A stretch of 63,623 nt of DNA, filler included, from Octopus bimaculoides (Eukaryota): NCBI RefSeq assembly GCF_001194135.2. It is 5 parts of 5 records of this genome, joined end to end, with 100 filler letters (N's around TTAATTAATTAA, not from the genome) between each part and the next. Parts side by side here need not be neighbours in the genome. Positions count along the whole stretch, not along the records: positions 55,830 to 63,623 come from NC_069005.1; 4 more parts are not named here. The stretch is one strand, 5' to 3'. The notes below the pieces were generated by a model. It did not search any database and was not told the origin of the DNA. It saw only the letters and a list, made by a program, of their open reading frames with translations. Positions within the stretch are counted from its first letter, which is position 1; the number at the start of each line of letters is the position of its first letter. Of the stretch, positions 59,130 through 63,623 are shown piece after piece. The translations under genes and the position numbers were made by a program.

Positions 59130-60397
59130 ATTCTTTCTTTTATTCTTTCATTTTTTACTTGTTTCAGTTATTTGACTGCTGTCATACTGGAGCACCGCCT
59201 TTAGTCGAACAAATCGACCTCAAGGCTTATTCTTTGTAAGCCTAGTACTTATTCTATCGGATTCTTTTGCTGTACCGCTAAGTTACGGGGACGCAAACAC
59301 ACCAACATCGGTTATCAAGCTATGGTAGAGACAAGCAGAGACACACAAATACATATGTCTCATTCTAAGAACTCTTATATCATGAACTACAAATGGTAGC
59401 ATGATTGAACTGGTGCTATTTAAAAGGTAAAAGTGTCGAGTTTTCTATTAATTTCATTCTAATTTAATTTGTTTTTTGTTTTTGTTTTTTGTCTCTTTTC
59501 AGATCCAATAATGTCATTTACAAAACAAGAGAAATCATTTTGTGTTCTAGAATACGCTAAACCTGAACCATGGACACATGTTCAACGCAAATTTCGTGCA
59601 ACGTTTACCAAGCAGGCACCAGACAGACATTCCAGTTTGAATTGGCATGCAAAATTTAAGGAGGAAGGGTGTTTGTGCCCGGCAATAAGAACAGGACGCC
59701 TCTGTGCAAAATTCATGGCAAATAAGTTTATCAGTGTCCTTCAACTGTTGAACCAATTGCAGTTTGTATGATGTGGACTACAGCCGTCTCCTGAAGACGC
59801 GCCAAACAGTTGTTGATGGGAGCTGAAGTTCTTGATTGGCTATTCTGAGTAATTTCTGGGGGCTGCGCGGGAAGGCTTGTTGAACTTATTCAACCGTATC
59901 ATTTGAAGTTGAAGGGACTCTGTTCTCTCCATTCCAATTCAAAATGTCTGGTGCCTACTTGGTAAACTTTGTACGAAATTTGCGTTGAACAAGAGACCCT
60001 GATTCAGTTTTAGCGTATTCTCGGACGCAAAATGACTTCTTTTGTTTTGTGAATGACATTACAGGATCTGAAGAGAAACAAATAACAAAATTAAATTAAA
60101 TTGATTATATTAACAGAAGAAAACTCAACACTTTTAGCTTTTAAATGGTACCGGTTCAATCATGCTACCACTTGTAGTTCATGATCTAAGAGTTCTTAGA
60201 ATGGGTCATAAACTTTTGAAACACCCTCTATATACAATGGGCTTCTTTTAGTTTCCGTCTGCCAAATCCACTCACAAGGCTTTTGTCGACCCGACGATAT
60301 AGTAGAAGACATTTGCCCAAGGTGCCACGCAGTAGAAATGAACTCGGAACTATGTGTTTGGGAAACAAGTTTCTTACCACAAAGCCACTCCTGCGCC
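59130..60397 (-). mobile_element. SINE family B split by a DNA-transposon insertion in its internal microsatellite
   Basis: 3' body at 59130-59345, head at 60237-60397, insertion at 59354-60228. Confidence 0.85.
59354..60228. mobile_element. Fold-back non-autonomous mariner-type element built from two inverted 5' ends
   Basis: Arms 59354-~59630 and ~59945-60210 are inverted copies. Each holds a transposase start (ATG 59511 plus, 60059 minus; MSFTKQEKSFCVLEY..VQRKFR). The right end is TA-GAGGGTGTTTCAAAAG; the left arm lacks the outer ~18 nt. Confidence 0.85.
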
Positions 60398-60465
60398 TAT
60401 ACATATAAATATATCTATATAATATATCTATATAATATATCTATACATACATACACATATATATA

Positions 60466-60955
60466 TTCTTTTATTCTTTTACTTGTTTCAGTCATTTGAC
60501 NNNNNNNNNNNNNNNNNNNNNNNNNNNNNNNNNNNNNNNNNNNNNNNNNNNNNNNNNNNNNNNNNNNNNNNNNNNNNNNNNNNNNNNNNNNNNNNNNNNN
60601 NNNNNNNNNNNNNNNNNNNNNNNNNNNNNNNNNNNNNNNNNNNNNNNNNNNNNNNNNNNNNNNNNNNNNNNNNNNNNNNNNNNNNNNNNNNNNNNNNNNN
60701 NNNNNNNNNNNNNNNNNNNNNNNNNNNNNNNNNNNNNNNNNNNNNNNNNNNNNNNNNNNNNNNNNNNNNNNNNNNNNNNNNNNNNNNNNNNNNNNNNNNN
60801 NNNNNNNNNNNNNNNNNNNNNNNNNNNNNNNNNNNNNNNNNNNNNNNNNNNNNNNNNNNNNNNNNNNNNNNNNNNNNNNNNNNNNNNNNNNNNNNNNNNN
60901 NNNNNTGAACCCGGAACCATGTGGTTGGGAAGCAAGCTTCTTACCACAAAGCCAC
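60466..60955 (-). mobile_element. SINE family B spanning a gap
   Basis: 3' end at 60466-60500 and head end at 60905-60955 flank the N-run. Confidence 0.75.
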
Positions 60956-61474
60956 CCTGTTTCGGGAAAGATATCTGGCTGAACTTAGGTCAAGCTGTCA
61001 CCTCTTTTTCTGTCATTCTCCAGGTCTGTCTCTAGTCTGCTTCAAAGATAACTGTCGGTAACGCGGGATTTTATGAGAAAAAAATGACACCGTTGTAATA
61101 TACATGGATAGTTTCAAGTGACGTTTATCTAAAAAAACTCAGTTACCAATAACTGGATTTTAAAGCATAACTAATGGTAGACATACCATGTGCTTGTGGT
61201 AGAGGCACCAGCTTGAACTAACTTCAACCAGATATCCCAATCGGGTGCTTTATTTTTGCTGAATCTATCAACAAACGACCAGCACAAAGAAAATGTTGAA
61301 AGCGACTACGATTTTCGGATCATTAATATTCTAGACACTGCTTGATGAAGGCAACTGAGTCGAACCTTCGAAGTTACTATCAACCTTTTCCCTGTAAATG
61401 TAAAATAAGTGTGATATTCTACTTACATGTATTATCTTTCAGATAGAGTTTGATTATTTTCACAAATAACAGTA

Positions 61475-61477
<3 letters not shown>

Positions 61478-61512
<35 letters not shown>

Positions 61513-61696
61513 TACATACATATATACATACATACACACAGACACACACACACATAAATATATATATATAGATATATATATAGGAATACATACAAACGTG
61601 TGTGTGAATGTATGTTGGTGTGTGTGTATGCATGTATGTATGTTTGTATGTATGCATGTACGTACTTATGTATATGCATGTATATACATGTATGTG

Positions 61697-61759
<63 letters not shown>

Positions 61760-61760
61760 G
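61478..61760. repeat. CA/TATG/TA compound microsatellite
   Basis: Direct reading. Confidence 0.93.
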
Positions 61761-62253
61761 GTAAATGTTTCCTGCTCTCTCTTTACATATTTCCTGTCAC
61801 TTTTTGTCTTTGTGATTCGCATTTATTTTTGTTTCTTTCCCTTTACGCACTCACCCCCGTCCTCCTCACTCACTCACTCACTCAGTCTCTGTCTCTCTTC
61901 CTTTTCTCCCCCCCCCCCCTTCACACGCACATATTTCGCCTTATTTAATGCGCGCCTTTAGAATTATTCCTTCGTTCCAATCTCTCTCAGCGTTCCATAA
62001 TAGCAATCTTCTCATACTGTAGGCATTTTACTTTTTTTCTTTCTAGTCGTCTATCTCCCCCTCCTCCTCTTCTCTCTCTGCTTGTCTCCTTCTCTCTATT
62101 CTCTTTCTCCGCCTCCTTTTCCCTCTCTCTTCCTCCTCTTTCTATCTTTTTCTTCTATTTCTTGTTTTAGCTCCTCTTCCCGCCGCTCAACACAGACATA
62201 CATACGCTCACACAAACATTTTCAAATTCCACTTCATATTCCATTTCTCTCTA

Positions 62254-62322
<69 letters not shown>

Positions 62323-62839
62323 TATTCTCTTTCTCACCCTCTGTCTCCTCTCTCAGTCTCTCTCTGTAACAAACATCAAGGCTTAAAGTTAAGATAATTT
62401 CAACGTTAGGCAACAATACCCAGTCATTTTGTTCCAGATAAAAATATAGATTAGCTGGCGGATAAAGTGAAGGAAAAACCTCATAAAAAGAAAAAACACG
62501 AAAAACCCACACAAAACTTTAAAAAGAAAGAAAAATGAATGAAAAAATTTAAAGACAGAAAGACAGCGGAGAAAATTAAGGACATACATGTTTAATAAAC
62601 GGAAGAAAGCAGCAGATAAAACAGGTATACAAATGCACACACACACACACACACATATATATCTATATATATAAGCGTGACTAAAGAGAGAAAAAAAATA
62701 AAGAAACGAAACGAAACGCACATGAACCAAAAACGAAAAAAAAAAAGTTATATAAAATGCTAAATATATTCTTTTGTGTATAAAGTGTATCAACATCATA
62801 GAATGACTTAGATTTTTGATCAAACACATTCAGTGCTGA

Positions 62840-62881
<42 letters not shown>

Positions 62882-63409
62882 ACCTGAAACCACCCCCAAC
62901 TGCCACTGACGCCGCCTTCACTGCCACCACTGTCACCATTACTGCCACCACCGCCACAACGGCCGCCATGCTGTGTACTACGTGTTGAGTCGCTTCATTC
63001 GCATTTTCTTCGTCTCATTCGCAATGCGCGGGGGTGTGTGTGTTTGTGTGTGCGCGCGTGCGTAATTATATATATATATTATATACAAACTATATGTGTA
63101 TGTGTGTGTGTGTGTCTATGTCCATATATGCATTTGTATGTATAGCAGGTATGAATGTACATATCTAATTATCCATCTATACGTATCTAAATGCATCTCT
63201 ATCTACAAAAATTAATAACGATACATCAAAACACACGCACGCGCGCTCGTATTCACACAGATTCCTGTAAAACGATCCATATCACTTATGTGTCCATACT
63301 TGTATACTTCTTTATGCAATTAGAGTACACGTGTGCGTTTACATACATACACACGCGGATGTATACACATTGACATACATCTACATATATATATATATAT
63401 ATATATATA

Positions 63410-63587
63410 TACTCTTTACTCTTCTACTTGTTTCAGTCATTTGACTGCGGCCATGCAAATCGACCCCGGGACTTTTTCTTTGTAAGCCTAGTACTTATTC
63501 TATCGGTGTCTTTTGCCGAACCGCTAAGTTACGGGGACGTAAACACACCAGCATCGGTTGTCAAGTGATGTTGGGGGGAAAAACACA

Positions 63588-63623
<36 letters not shown>
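63410..63623 (-). mobile_element. SINE family B 3' body with a small internal deletion, running off the window
   Basis: Reverse near-consensus body followed by (CA)n. Confidence 0.88.

Noticed and set aside
62884-62969. Minus-strand exon MAAVVAVVAVMVTVVAVKAASVAVGGGF resembling a signal peptide
   Set aside because: The hydrophobicity follows from a degenerate (CCA/CTG)n low-complexity tract; the donor is weak and there is no promoter or downstream exon support.

Overview
Eukaryotic, AT-rich, heavily gapped and repeat-dense DNA. The SINE, MITE and microsatellite content looks like coleoid cephalopod (Octopus) genomic sequence; this is an inference from repeat appearance, not a database match. 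Four artificial 100-bp spacers (N44-TTAATTAATTAA-N44) show the window is five joined scaffolds: 1-18871, 18972-29931, 30032-45906, 46007-55729 and 55830-63623. Nearly all ORFs in the supplied track are microsatellite or N-run artefacts. Most of the identifiable sequence is transposable elements: about 30 tRNA-SINE copies in 4 modular families, two Tc1 remnants (one DD36E, one DD34E), a fold-back mariner derivative, hAT, Tc1 and TTAA MITEs, a Tx1-type LINE (ORF1 plus endonuclease), CR1, RTE and Penelope fragments, Helitron remnants and a probable solo LTR. The main result is absent from the ORF track. In scaffold 46007-55729 there is a spliced minus-strand gene (TATA box, four phase-consistent GT-AG exons) encoding a small secreted Cys-rich two-repeat protein, MYKYILIAALFVAGVYG/ECNTGVAFSC..., which I cannot assign to a family. 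It lies head-to-head with a second TATA-driven gene whose first exon is also a 40-nt, phase-1 signal-peptide exon, and both promoters carry the same CACATATGTTG E-box 11-mer. No rRNA, intact tRNA or CRISPR array is present.
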